64,000 bases of DNA from Octopus sinensis (lineage: Eukaryota), in the NCBI RefSeq assembly GCF_006345805.1, contig NC_043006.1, positions 42,408,001-42,472,000 on the forward strand, read 5' to 3'. The notes beneath the pieces were generated by a model. It did not search any database and had not been told where the DNA came from. It saw nothing but the letters and a program-made list of their open reading frames with translations. Within the stretch, counting starts at the first letter, position 1, and each line of letters opens with the position of its first letter. A program made the position numbers and the translations under genes. Below are positions 50,178 through 62,054 of the stretch, one piece after another.

Positions 50178-51466
50178 GTGGGTGACCAAGTTAGTAGTGG
50201 AGGTGGATGCACAGAGAGTATCACCACTAGAATACGAATAGCCTGGGCAAAGTTCAGAAAGCTCCTACCCCTACTGGCGACAAAGGGTCTCTCCCTCAGA
50301 GCGAAAGGTAGATTGTATGATGTGTGTGCGAACTGCCATGCTTCACGGTAGAAACATGGGCTTGACTGCAGAGGACATGCGTAGACTTGAAAGAAATGAA
50401 GCTAGCATGATCCGCTGGATGTGTAATGTCAGTGTGCACACACGACAGAGTGTAAACACCCTGAGAGAAATGCTGGATATAAGAAGCATCAGATTGTGTG
50501 TGCAAGAGCGACGCTGCGATGGTATGGTCATGTGCTGTGGATGGATGAGGAGAGATGTGTGAAGAAGTGCCACTCCCAAACAGTTGAAGGTATCAGGGGG
50601 AGAGGTAGACCCAGGAAGACATGGGATGAGGTAGTCAAGCATGACCTCAGAGCGTTGGGCCTCACTGAGGCAATGGCGAAGGACCGAGATCTCTGGAGAT
50701 ATGCTGTGACTGCAAAGACCCGGGCTGCTTCCTGCGTCAGTTCCGCATAGCCCCTGCCCATTCGAAGTACCCCGGATCCCAGAACGTTCCGCTGTGCTTG
50801 AGGAGACCTGTTGAGTCAAGTACATGAACATGAACATGAACGTCGAAATAAATATCAATGGAATTGATATGATGTGATGCCTGTGCCAGTGACACATAAA
50901 AAGCACTATCCGAACGTGGCCGATGCCAGCGCCGCCCCGACTGGCTTCTGTGCCGGTGGCACATAAAAAGCACCATCCGAACGTGGCCGATGCCAGCACT
51001 GCCCCGACTGGCTCCTGTGTGCCGGTGGCACATAAAAAGCACTATCCGAACATGGCCGATGCCAGCGCCGCCCCGACTGGCTTCTGTGCTGGTGGCACAT
51101 AAAAAGCACCATCCGAACGTGGCCGATGCCAGCGCTGCCCCAACTGGGTCCTGTGCCGATGGCACATAAAAAGACCATCCGAACGTTGCCAGTGCCGCCT
51201 TCGCTGGCTTCCGTGCCGCTGGCACGTTAAAAGCTCCTACCGATCGTGACCGATGCCGGACCCCCCCTGGCACCTGTGCAGGTGGCACGTAAAAAGCACC
51301 CACTATACTCGCGGAGTGGCGTTAGGAAGGGCATCCAGCCGTAGAAACTCTGCCAGATCAGACTGGAGCCTGGAGCAGCCCCTGGCTTCCCAGACCCTGG
51401 TCGAACCGTCCAACCCGTGCTAGCGCGGAAAACGGACGTTAAACGATGATGATGATGATGATGATG
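50178..51466 (+). mobile_element. 5'-truncated RTE with 67-bp minisatellite 3' UTR and (GAT)n tail
   Basis: [31 protein letters not shown]...RGRPRKTWDEVVKHDL; units at 50894, 50961, 51030, 51097, 51164. Confidence 0.93.
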
Positions 51467-52092
51467 AAGTTTGTGTGTGTGTGTGTGCGTGTATATGTAT
51501 ATATATATGTTTATGTGTGTGTGTGTGCTTGTGTATGCATGTGTATGTATATATATATTTATTTATATATATATGTATATACACACACATATATATGTAT
51601 ATATATACATATGTATATGTATATATATATATATGTAGGTGTATATATCTATATATATATCTATATCTATCTTTATATTATATATATATATTATATATAT
51701 ATATAGTGTATATATATGTATATGTATGTATGTATGTTTACATTATATCTTTGAATGTAATTTATTAGAGAAGCCATATCTAGTCACTATTCATTATGGC
51801 TTGTGAATGTTCATATGGTGTCCTTCCCATTAGAATATATAACAGATACTTATCTGAAAACAGATAGAAAAAAAAATAGCTGCATTCGATTTCAAAATAG
51901 GTTTTATTCTTGATAATAAAATCTTTCTTTACATCAGAAGTTTTGACTTGTTATGTAAGAAATAATTCATTATCGAAACTAAAAACTGTTTTCAAAATGA
52001 ATAAGCTACTTTCTTTGTGTTTTAATTCAGGTGTCCGTAGTCTATCAAATTAACATTTTGAGGTGTATTGATGCTGTCCAATGTGAAGTATC

Positions 52093-52640
52093 TTACTCTT
52101 TTACTCTTTTACTGGTTTCAGTTATTTGACTGCGGCCATGCTTGGTCACCGCCTTTAATCGAACAAATCGACCCCAGGACTTATTCTTTGTAAGTCTAGT
52201 ACTTATTCTATTGGTCTCTTAGGCCCAACCGCTAAGTTACGGGGATGTAAATGCACCAGCATCGGTTGTCAAGCGATGTTGAGGGAACAAACACAAACAC
52301 ACAAACACACACACACACACATATAATTATTTACATATATCAGGCATTAGGAAGGGCATCCAGCTGTAGAAACTCTGCCAAATCAAGATTGGAGCCTGGT
52401 GCAGCCATCTGGTTCACCAGCCCTCAGTCAAAATCGTCCAACCCATGCTAGCATGGAAAGCAGACGTTAAACGATGATGATGATGATGATGATGATGATA
52501 CGACAGGCTTCTTTCAGTTTCCATCTACCAAATCTATTCACAAGGCTTTGGTCAGCCCGAGGCTGTAGTAGAAGACACTTGCCCAAGGTGTCACGCAGTG
52601 GGACTGAACCTGGGACCATGTGTATGGTAAGCAAGCTATT
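52093..52640 (-). mobile_element. SINE-A split by an RTE 3' terminus (52341-52499, plus strand) in its microsatellite
   Basis: The two SINE halves flank ttaggaagggcatccagc...gttaaacgatgatg. Confidence 0.88.
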
Positions 52641-52894
52641 TTATTTCAAAATTTTGCCATAAAGGCATGATGTAAAGTAGCTTGTGGGCTGGACAAAAAC
52701 ATTGATGAGATGAATGATGAAAAAGGATGATATTGATGGGGGAAGACAAAAAACGCCCACTGATTTTTTGCTTCTCTAAAACATTTTTCTTTTTTTGTTT
52801 TACACAGGAAAAAAACAAAACGAGGTATTAAACCTCTTACTTCAGTTCTTACAATTAATAGTCCATTACAAATTGAGGCACTGAGCCTCTTACA

Positions 52895-53636
52895 TGAGGG
52901 AACCTGTGGAAGAGGTAGACCCAGGAAGACCTGGGATGAGGTGGTGAAGCATGACCTTTAAACATTGGGCCTCACTGAAGCAATGACTAGTGACTGGGAC
53001 CTTTGGAAATATGCTGTGCTTGAGAAGACTTGGCAAGCTCAAGTGAGACCATAACCTTGTGGCCTATGCCAGAGATGTAACCAGCCCACTTATGCATATC
53101 TTTCCTTCTTTGGACACTAAACTCTGCTTGCGAAGACCTGTTGAGGCAAGTGAAATCGAAATCAAATTCGATGACTGGCATCCGTGCTAGTGGAGCACTA
53201 AGAGTACCATACGCGTGTGATCGTTGCCAGTGCAACAAACTGGCCTCCCTGCCAGTGGCACGTAAAAAACGCCATTCGAGCGTGATTGTTACCTGCGTTG
53301 CCTTACTGGCACTTGTGCTGGTGGCATGTGAAAAAACATTCAAGCGAGGTCGTTGGCAGTGCTGCTGGACTGGCTCCTGTTCCGGTGGCACATAAAAAGT
53401 ACCATTTGAGCATGGCCATTGCCAGTACCGCCTGACTGGCCCTCGTGCCGGTCGCATGTAAAAGCACCCACCACACTCTCAGAGTGGTTGGCGTTTGGAA
53501 GGGCATCCAGCTGTAGAAACTCTGCCAGATCAGATTGGAATCTGGTGCAGCCATCTAGTTCGCCAGACCTCAGTCAAGTCATCCAACCCATGCTAGCATG
53601 GAAAGTGGACGTCAAACGATGATGATGTCGATGATG
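52895..53636 (+). mobile_element. RTE 3' fragment with minisatellite UTR
   Basis: GTCGRGRPRKTWDEVVKHDL*; tail gtcaaacgatgatg. Confidence 0.9.
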
Positions 53637-54239
53637 AAGAATAAGATAGTTATTTAAATATTGATATTATCAAGTAGCCAGCATGGGAAAACAAACCTTC
53701 AAAGGTAATAATTATTATTAAAATTATAATTTAGGGTATCTAAGAGATACCACCACGCTGGAAATAGCAGCCAAAACTTGACTCTAAAACCACATTAAAT
53801 GTTCATACAGCACCTGTAATATGTAGGTGCTGTTTAATGCAGCAAAATAAAAACAAAATACTCTACTTTAAGAAGTAACGATCCATTTTGGACACAATAG
53901 AAACTTTCTTTTAACAACAGTTACTTAACAAAAATTACAGTAAATTCTCCAGACTAAATAGTAAAGCAGTTTCCATTATTATTTATTTATTTATTTATTT
54001 TCTTCGGGATGCCGAATAGTTGACAGTAACGGATGAGAGGGAGTTTATTGTAAGTTTAAAATCTTCTGTTGAGGAATAAAGGGAACTTGCAGAGTAGTCT
54101 CCCTTACATCATACGTCGTCGCCGTAGTATTAAAAAGCATGTTATTTAATTAATCTGTATATAATAATACTTAATTCTAAAGAATGTTACGATATTATTT
54201 ACGGATTATTTTAATATAAAGAATGTTTATCTTCTATCT

Positions 54240-54508
54240 TTCACTTGTTTCAGTAATTTAGAAAGTGGCCATGCTGGGGCACCCTATTAATGAATTTTTA
54301 GTCGATGCATCGATCCGGGTCCTTTTTATTTTTTTAAAACTTGGTATTTATTCTATCGGCTCTTTTTGACGCACTGCTTGGTAACAGGGACGTAACACAG
54401 CAAACCGGTGTGTATATATATATATATAATATATATATATATATATTATACACACACACACAAACGTACATACATATAATCATATATATAGATAGATAGA
54501 TAGATAGG

Positions 54509-54597
<89 letters not shown>

Positions 54598-54600
54598 CGC
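54240..54600 (-). mobile_element. Diverged SINE-A 3' half plus (TA)n/(GATA)n
   Basis: ggccatgctggggcacc...ttctatcggctcttttg. Confidence 0.7.
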
Positions 54601-54839
54601 TGCTATTATGCAAAAGAATCGTAAGCCTAAATTGTTGCTTTTCCAGAAAACAGAAATAGTTTCACCATTCCATAACAAAACCATTGTATTACACTTTGAC
54701 AATTTTTCATATCTTAGCATCTGAAGCAGCTGGAGATATGCTAGTTTAACTAAAAGAACCGGCTATAGCAAGAAAATATAAATATTGAAAAAAAACCCAT
54801 TTAGCCAAATTTGGACATACGATAGTTTAACATAACAGC

Positions 54840-54871
<32 letters not shown>

Positions 54872-55094
54872 CACCAAATTACACCAAAATCTCAGACAAT
54901 AACAAATAATATCGTATTTATTGTCTGTGAAAATTATAGCATATAAAACACTTTGATAAAAAATTATACCTACTTTTCTGACGAAAACAATGCCGTTCTA
55001 AACATTTTGTCGCATGTGTATATATACATATATATATATATACAATATAATATATACATACACACACACAACATATATATATATGTATTGTATA

Positions 55095-55360
55095 AATATT
55101 TATGTGTTGTCTTTGTTTCTGCGTTTGTTCCCGCCCCACCACATGCTTGGCAACCGATGTTGGTGTGTTTCGTATGCGTAAACTAGCGGTTCGGCAACAA
55201 AGGGGTGATAGAATAAGTAATCGGAGGATCACAAAGAATAGGTTCCTGGGTCGATTTCTTCAACTAAAACCCGTTAGGTGGCGCTCCAGCATGGCCGCAG
55301 TCAAGTGATTGAAACAAGTAAAAAAAAACCATATATATGTATGTATATATATATATATAT

Positions 55361-55410
<50 letters not shown>

Positions 55411-55567
55411 ATATGCGAAAGGATGCTTTCACTTTCCGTCTATCAAATCCACTCACAAGGCCCAAAGCTATAGTAGAAGATACCCGTTCAAGGTGCCTCG
55501 CACTGGAATTGAAATTGGAACCCTGTAGTAGGGAAGGAAGCTTCTTACCTCACAGCCACACCTACAC
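55095..55567. mobile_element. SINE-A 3' half (plus, to 55325) and SINE-A 5' half (minus, 55420-55567)
   Basis: Consensus matches in opposite orientations. Confidence 0.75.
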
Positions 55568-55659
55568 CTATATCAGTTATTTTGATTAAAGCAAAACGTT
55601 TGATATGCAGGTTTTAATAAATAGGAATTCATCGTTACAATATTTACTTCAATTGCAGT

Positions 55660-57810
55660 ATTCCGTCTGTCCTTACGTTCTGAGTTCAAATTCCGCCGAG
55701 GTCGACTTTAAAATAATAATGAAATTATTGTATACAGTGCTCAGGTGCACCACAACTTGTCAGAAAGTGAATATAAAGTACATGCAGTAGTGTAGAAATG
55801 TCTGGAAAGTGAACATGCTTGTGTGTGTATCAAGTGTAGTGTTGGCGAATCTCAGGAAGCATGGAAGTTTTGAAGGATGCTCGACAACTAACAACCGATG
55901 CCGGCAGTTTGTTCCCGCTTCAGCAACTCTCAGCGTGAAAAAATGTTTCCTGAAGTCATGGGAGCTGTGCTGTTTTCTTACTTGTAAATATGTCCACGGG
56001 TGTTAGATGGGTGAGTTTGAAGAGGTGCTCAGAGTTATTGTTTGTGCGATGGTTGATAAATCTATGGGTGTCTGCCAAGTCAGCTGCCAGACGTCGGAGT
56101 TTCAATGTGTCCATGCCCAGGGAAGTAAGGCGTTCAGGATATGGGCAAGAGATGTCCTGGGCAAGATAGGGGTTCCAGACCGGTGATGCAAATTCCAGGT
56201 GAGGTCTTACCATAGCTATATAAAGCCGCAGATAGATAGCCGGAGAGCGGCTCACAAAGGATTTGGTGAGTGATGCCAAGACACCCTCAGCCTTCTTGAC
56301 AATTTTAGTGATGTGTTTTGTCCAACGCAAATCACTCGACAATAACACCCAGGTCACGTTCACTTGAAGACTTTTTGAGACTATGTTGTGGAGGGAGTAG
56401 GTGGACGCTGGGTTTCTCCTCCCAAAATGCATGTGGTACATTTGTCCACAGCCAGCTTGAGTTGCCAGTCCATGATCCACTGCTGCATTGTGTCCGGTCT
56501 GCTTGCAATAGAGATCCATAGTGTACAGGATTTGACCTCTTTATTTCGAGGTACAGCTTGATGTCATCTGCATATTTCAGCACTGTGGCATTCTTTAAGT
56601 GGCATCTATGTCATTAACATATGCAACAAATAAAAGGGGGCCAAGAACAGATCCCTGCGGCACACCAGATGTCATCTCATAGGGCGAAGAGTGCTGTCCT
56701 AGAACTGTAACAACCTCTTTTCGGCCGAAAATAAAGGACTTTAACCAGTTATAGAGTTCGTCTCTTACACCCAACGCAGAAAGCTTCACCATAAGTCTTT
56801 TGTGTGGCACAGAGTTAAAAGCCTTAGCAAAGTCCAGGTAAACAACATCCACCCAGGATCCGCGATCAGTGATTTGGGTAACGTCCTCAAGAAACTCGAT
56901 GAGTTGATTACAGCAGCTGGAGTTAGGAATAAATCCGAATTGTGACGGCTGGATGAGGCTGTGAGACTTCCAGAAGTTCCAGAGGGTTTCTCTGATACAG
57001 GATTCCATCAGTTGGCGATGCAGCTAGTAAGCTGACGGGGGCGATAGTTGACAGGCGATGTGCGGTCGCCTTTTTTGAACAGAGGGATGACACTGGCAGT
57101 TTTCCACTGTTCTGGAGTAACACCATTGTCAAGACAGAATTGGAAGAATAGAGAAAGTTGGCCTAGAAAAGTACCCACCGCGTTTGAGAAGTAGGTATGT
57201 AACACCATCGAGACCAGGAGAGGCATAATTGCGTTTATTCTTTAGGTGGCGTTGCAGCATTGCTGGTGTAAATTGCATAGAAGATATAGAGTCCGATGTC
57301 AGTGGTGATGATGATGGAACATTTTGGTCTTCGACAGTAAAGATGCCGGCATAGCATCCAGCAATGATTTCTGCACATTCTTCGGGATTGCCAGTAATCT
57401 GTCCTGTGTGGGGATTGCGAAGGTGACCAACAGGACAGTGGGGTCTCTGCTTTGAGTGCACATACTTCCAGAACCCTTTGCTGTCAGGGTTAGCTGCAAT
57501 GCGTTGTTCAAATTCAAGCACTGCCTTTTTTGTCGCCTGCTTGAGGTGGTTGGCTGACCTATTGCGCTTTTTCCTGTTGCTCTCTGATTTGTGCAACTTG
57601 TATTCCCGTTCAGCATTACGGCGTTCTTTCCTGGCAAGTCAGACTGCTGCAGTCTCCCAAATTGCAGTCTCCCAGACTTTGCCTTTCATCCTTTCGGGGT
57701 CGATAAATTAAGTACCAGTTGCGTACTGGGTTCGATCTAATCGACTGCCCCAACCCCGCCAAAAAAAAATACAATTTCGGGCCTTCTGCTTGGAGTAGAA
57801 AAGAAAATTT
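55660..57810 (+). mobile_element. SINE-B split by a CR1 insertion (halves 55660-55709 and 57675-57810)
   Basis: gaggtcgacttt | CR1 | gactttgcctttcatcc; TSD gacttt. Confidence 0.85.
55710..57674 (-). mobile_element. 5'-truncated CR1-type LINE (second family), frameshifted
   Basis: WKTASVIPLFKKGD...NYRP; YLDFAKAFNSVPH; SGVPQGSVLGPLLF; YADDIK; VRPHLEFASPVWNP; (ATT)n tail. Confidence 0.93.
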
Positions 57811-57912
57811 ACTTCAGTTGTCATAAATACAAGATGTCTTGCAAACAACTTGCACATGCAAGTGCTACCAGTCGAGAACTCCACATACCGGAAGCCAGCA
57901 AGTGTATGGGGG

Positions 57913-58006
57913 TCATCAGGAGAGAATGCGCGCCGTTTCGGGGCCTACCTCTCGACGGCATCACTGCGCACCGGCCCCACTCACTGATCTAGCGTAAGCT
58001 AGATCA
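57913..58006 (-). ncRNA. Non-circularly permuted hammerhead-like ribozyme in the Hero 3' UTR
   Basis: All core motifs (CUGAUGA, GAA, GUC) and three fully Watson-Crick stems present; see findings. Confidence 0.8.
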
Positions 58007-58171
58007 ACTGTTTATTGAATATCGCTCATTGTCTCTTTTTAACCAAATCCAGTGACTAGCCTTCTCCACAGTAGTTTGGATGTTGGTCATGGTGGTATTT
58101 ACTTTACGATGAGTTAGGCCTAACGATAACAACAGTCGTCTCACACTGTGTCCAAGAAACCCTCTACATCC

Positions 58172-59457
58172 AATTTCTTTATTAGCCACATGGGCCCAAA
58201 CATAGAGGGGGACAATACAGCCTGATTGGGGTCAGACACACAATGATTATATGACTTTTAAAATTTTACAAAATATAATGAAATCGAATGAAATCGAATG
58301 AGATACAACAAGGACGAAATACAAACATGAGATGAAGCAGAGAGATGGCTTACGCTCCGACCCCACGAGCCCCATTCTCCTACTGAAACTTTTGTATGCA
58401 GACTTATGACATGTTCACGAGGAATCTTTCATTCCCAGCACCCTCGCAACATGCAACCATCTTTCTTTGAACATTTTCTTTGACAGGCATCTTCTTTCCA
58501 GCCTCACCTTCCTTTAAGGTGGGAGATAAAATATTTCACCAACCCGAGACCGGAGATGAGGTTGCCTGTCGCTAAACCTTTCATTCGCGACTTCCATACC
58601 ACCTCTTTCGCTATTGCTACTACTGCGAGAAAACATTGCTTACCTTCTTTCGTGAGGAAATCCGGCGGGTCAATTTTTACGATTGACTCAGACGACAGCT
58701 GTACTCTTCCCGAAGCTGACAGCAGATGTTCGGCATAAACCCACACTTCAGACACTCCCGGACACTGAACAATAGCGTGCAGGACAGTTTCCCTATACCG
58801 TCCGCATCTTGGACAGTCGGCAGTGGTGGTTCGACCGTGTCGTGCGAGCTTATCCCGAACGGGTAAGGCTCCTCGGTAACATTGCCAGGCCAGAGATTTT
58901 TGGAAATTATCCAAACACCCCAGCCCGAACGTCCTTCGGAACAGACTGTCTAACTGGTTATCTCCGAGACCTAGGGTTTCCTCTAGGGTATCGTCGTTCC
59001 CAGCCTCTACCAACCTGCTATAGAAAAATGTGGTGGTACCAAAACCGCTAGCATTACCCGAGCGATGGAACTGTAGGAGTGCTTTACGGCACTCCGTAAA
59101 CCATGTACCCAACCTCGTTCTACGAAGGAACCAGCTTTCTTGTCCACTAAAACTAGTGAACCTGAGAAACATCCGTTTCGCGAGCGGAGACCACACCTGT
59201 TCACCATTCAGGAGTAGCCAGAGATGCCTCAACCTCAGCGCATGTTTGCGCATCAACAGCCAAAGCATCCCCAGTCCTCCATTCAACGGCGTCTGGCAGC
59301 AGATAGAACGCCTCACGAGAGGAGTGGTGCCCTTCCACAAAAAGCGGAAGATCTGCCTCTCCAGCTTGCTCAACCACGAACCGGGACAGGGCACGGCGGT
59401 TAGGCGGTAAATGATGACCGATGCGATAAACATATTGGCCACCTACGCCCTCCCTTT
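58172..59457 (-). mobile_element. 5'-truncated Tx1/L1-clade LINE (post-RT region, CCHC finger, 3' UTR)
   Basis: IFRFLWKG...LNGGLGM; AWQCYRGALPVRDKL; CPRCGRYRETVLHAIVQC; tail aataaagaaatt. Confidence 0.9.
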
Positions 59458-60538
59458 CGACTTCGATTGGAAAATGCTCCGCTTTCCAGCCTGCGTCTTC
59501 ACATTCCTCCAAGAGGTTTGCATAACGGTCAGTCTTTCGATCCCGAGCGGTGTCCATGTTATCTTCACGAAGAACAGTTAACTCGACTAGATTCACAACT
59601 TTTTTTTCCTTTACACCACATTAAAATGTCCGGTTTTTTCATAACTGGGATGGGAAAGAGTTCCTGGCTCCCTTGTATATCTGTAGTCACTTCCCAATAG
59701 CCGTTCCACTTATCATCGCTCACAGGAAGTTTGTTGTTCTTCTTGAAACGGACATGCTGTCCTGAGCGCACGAAGGTAATGAAATCTTTAGTCGGTACTT
59801 TCAGCGGTTTTTTTCACTGTTGTTGAGATCAATTTGGTTCTTTATAGCATTGAAGATGACCTTAAGGACCAGTTTGTGTCTCCATGTATACCTGTTCAAT
59901 TCTAATGAACGGTTGGAAAGAATATGTTTCAGTGTTCCGACCTTTCCGCATTTGCATATATCATTCTCTGAGGCGTTCCATCTTACTAGATTTGTAGGTG
60001 ATGGCAAAACATCATAGGATGAACGAATCAGAAATATGTAAGGGCCCGGAGAAGGCAAACTGAAGGGCTGCCCCGGGCGGCACACACTTTAGCTACACTA
60101 GTGTATACGTGTGTGTGTGTGTGGAGGGGGAATAATTGATGTAAATCCATCGAAATAAAACAAGGTTTACTGCGGTATTCATCCGAAGATAATATCTCTT
60201 TTGGACCTGTTGTGTTTAAAAATACAAACTATTTCGGTAATAAACGAAAATATTTCATCAGCAGCAGGTGAGAACGTTAGATGCGCATTTCTGCTTCGTT
60301 AGATTTTATCAGCAGCATGCACTCACTGCCAGCAGAATGTTACGACGAAATCTGTGGCCACCAATATGGAAAAAGAATGACTGAACAATCACTGGGGTTG
60401 CGATTAGCTGTCCAGCTCAGTGGTCTCCAAACTTTTCTTAGTGATTCTCAACAGCAGTTCCCAACAGTGGCTTCCAACCCTTCTATTTCAATAAGTTTTC
60501 CCACGGATTCCTTTTAATATGCTTATCCTTATGGATAT

Positions 60539-60767
60539 GTGGAGGGGCAATGGCCCAATGGTTCGGGCAGCGGACTCACGGTCGTAGGATCGTGGTTTCG
60601 ATTCCCAGACCGAGCGTTGTGAGTGTTTATTGAGCGAAAACACCTAAAGCTCCACGAGGCTCCGGCAGGGGTGGTGGCGAGCCCTGCTGTACTCTTTCAC
60701 CACAACTTTCACTCTTTCTTCCTGTTTCTGTTGTACCTGTATTTCAAAGGGTCACCCTTGCCACACC
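60539..60767 (+). mobile_element. SINE-F (tRNA-derived), 3'-truncated
   Basis: tggcccaatggttcgggcagcgg...ggtttcgattcccagacc. Confidence 0.8.
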
Positions 60768-60792
60768 TAACCCTAACCCTAACCTTAACCCT
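60766..60792. repeat. Short interstitial (CCCTAA)n telomere-like tract
   Basis: cctaaccctaaccctaaccttaaccct. Confidence 0.8.
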
Positions 60793-60929
60793 GATAAATT
60801 GTTTCATGATTTTACTGATGAGTAAAGTCAGAGAGATAGGCCTGTCACTTTTAGTTATTGCCCCGCTTCCTCTTTTCTGAAGAGAACATATATTTGCCTT
60901 CTTTTAACATTTAAGGAAGTTTACCACAT

Positions 60930-61200
60930 TGCAAAAGCGTCGCTAATTGTCGAGAATCAAGACCACAAAGTTATAATATTTTGGACTTACGAAACGCACC
61001 ACAAGCCACTGCTCTACACCATCCTGACAGGAAATGTGGAGTGGAAGAGAGCGAGTGCTCGTAAAAGACGTTGAGGACTGACAACACCAAAAAAATGAAC
61101 TGGAAAATCGAACCTGGTTGATTGCATGCATGCAGCACAACACAGAGGGAACCGGTGAGGCTTGGCAAGCTAACACCTGAACACAGACAGCACATCAGTG
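60930..61200 (+). mobile_element. Third RTE family (BovB-like) decayed C-terminus
   Basis: LSRIKTTKL*YFG...HHKPLLYTILTGNVEWKR...TGKSNLVDCMHAAQHRG. Confidence 0.7.
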
Positions 61201-61635
61201 TCTAACATTACATCCACCTTTATGTCAACATAATCGATGGGTGTCACTTATCTGTATAGAGGTGTATTAATGAAAAACTCTTCTGGTTTATTTATTTGTA
61301 TATCCCTGCGAGAGGACGAAAAAACCTCGGAATTGTTTATTCAGCGTTTCACTTATCCATTTAGGGCTTGCAGTCAGTGAGCTATTTTGTTGCACACTAA
61401 GGCTGATGTTTTGCAAATTTATCGAAAGCCTTATAATTCGTCTTATATTCGTTCATCTTATATTTACGGGTTTCTCTTTTAAGTTTATCTTTTTCATGGA
61501 AGAGCCTGAGTTTGTTTTCGGTCTCAAACGGAAACCTTGCTGAGAGGGACATCTTGCTTAGGTTCATTTAAATTTTAAATGTAATATCTTTTTCTTTGTC
61601 TCATAAGGACATGTCAGCTTCTAGGAATTTTATGT

Positions 61636-61678
<43 letters not shown>

Positions 61679-61879
61679 GTGTGTGAGTGTATGTGTGTCG
61701 TGTTGTCTTCTATCAGCGCCGCTCCTTGCCTTTTTAATACATATTTCTAACGCTGACGCGGACAGTTTCTCTTTTTATCAATATTTCCTACACCGCACCT
61801 CATATTCCGCGACTACCTCACTTCTTTCTTCTATCTTTTCCTTCTCTCTTTCATCTCCCTTTCTTCTTTCATTCTCTAA

Positions 61880-62045
61880 ATGCTTAAAACCTATATTCCT
61901 TTTATCTTCCTCCCACCTTCAGTTATTCTTTTATTTTTCTTGATGAAGGACTCGCATCCGAAATGCTAAGACTCTTATCTTTTTAAGCGTCAAGCAAATA
62001 GAACAATTGTTAAAACTTGTTTTCTTTTTGCACTCATTGCCAAGT
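61880..62045 (+). mobile_element. Penelope-like tail with a decayed hammerhead
   Basis: tct-tgatga-agga ctcgca tcc-gaaatgcta-aga. Confidence 0.5.
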
Positions 62046-62054
62046 ATACCTACA

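Larger units (their letters stand above)
57815..60040 (-). mobile_element. 5'-truncated Hero-like (RLE) non-LTR retrotransposon, split by Tx1 (parts ~57815-58171 and 59458-60040)
   Basis: SYDVLPSPTNL; CKCGKVGTLKHILS...RYTWRH; KPDI; VELTV...RKTDRYANLLEECEDAGWKAEHFPIEV | GCRGFLGH...ASHWIWLKR. Confidence 0.88.
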
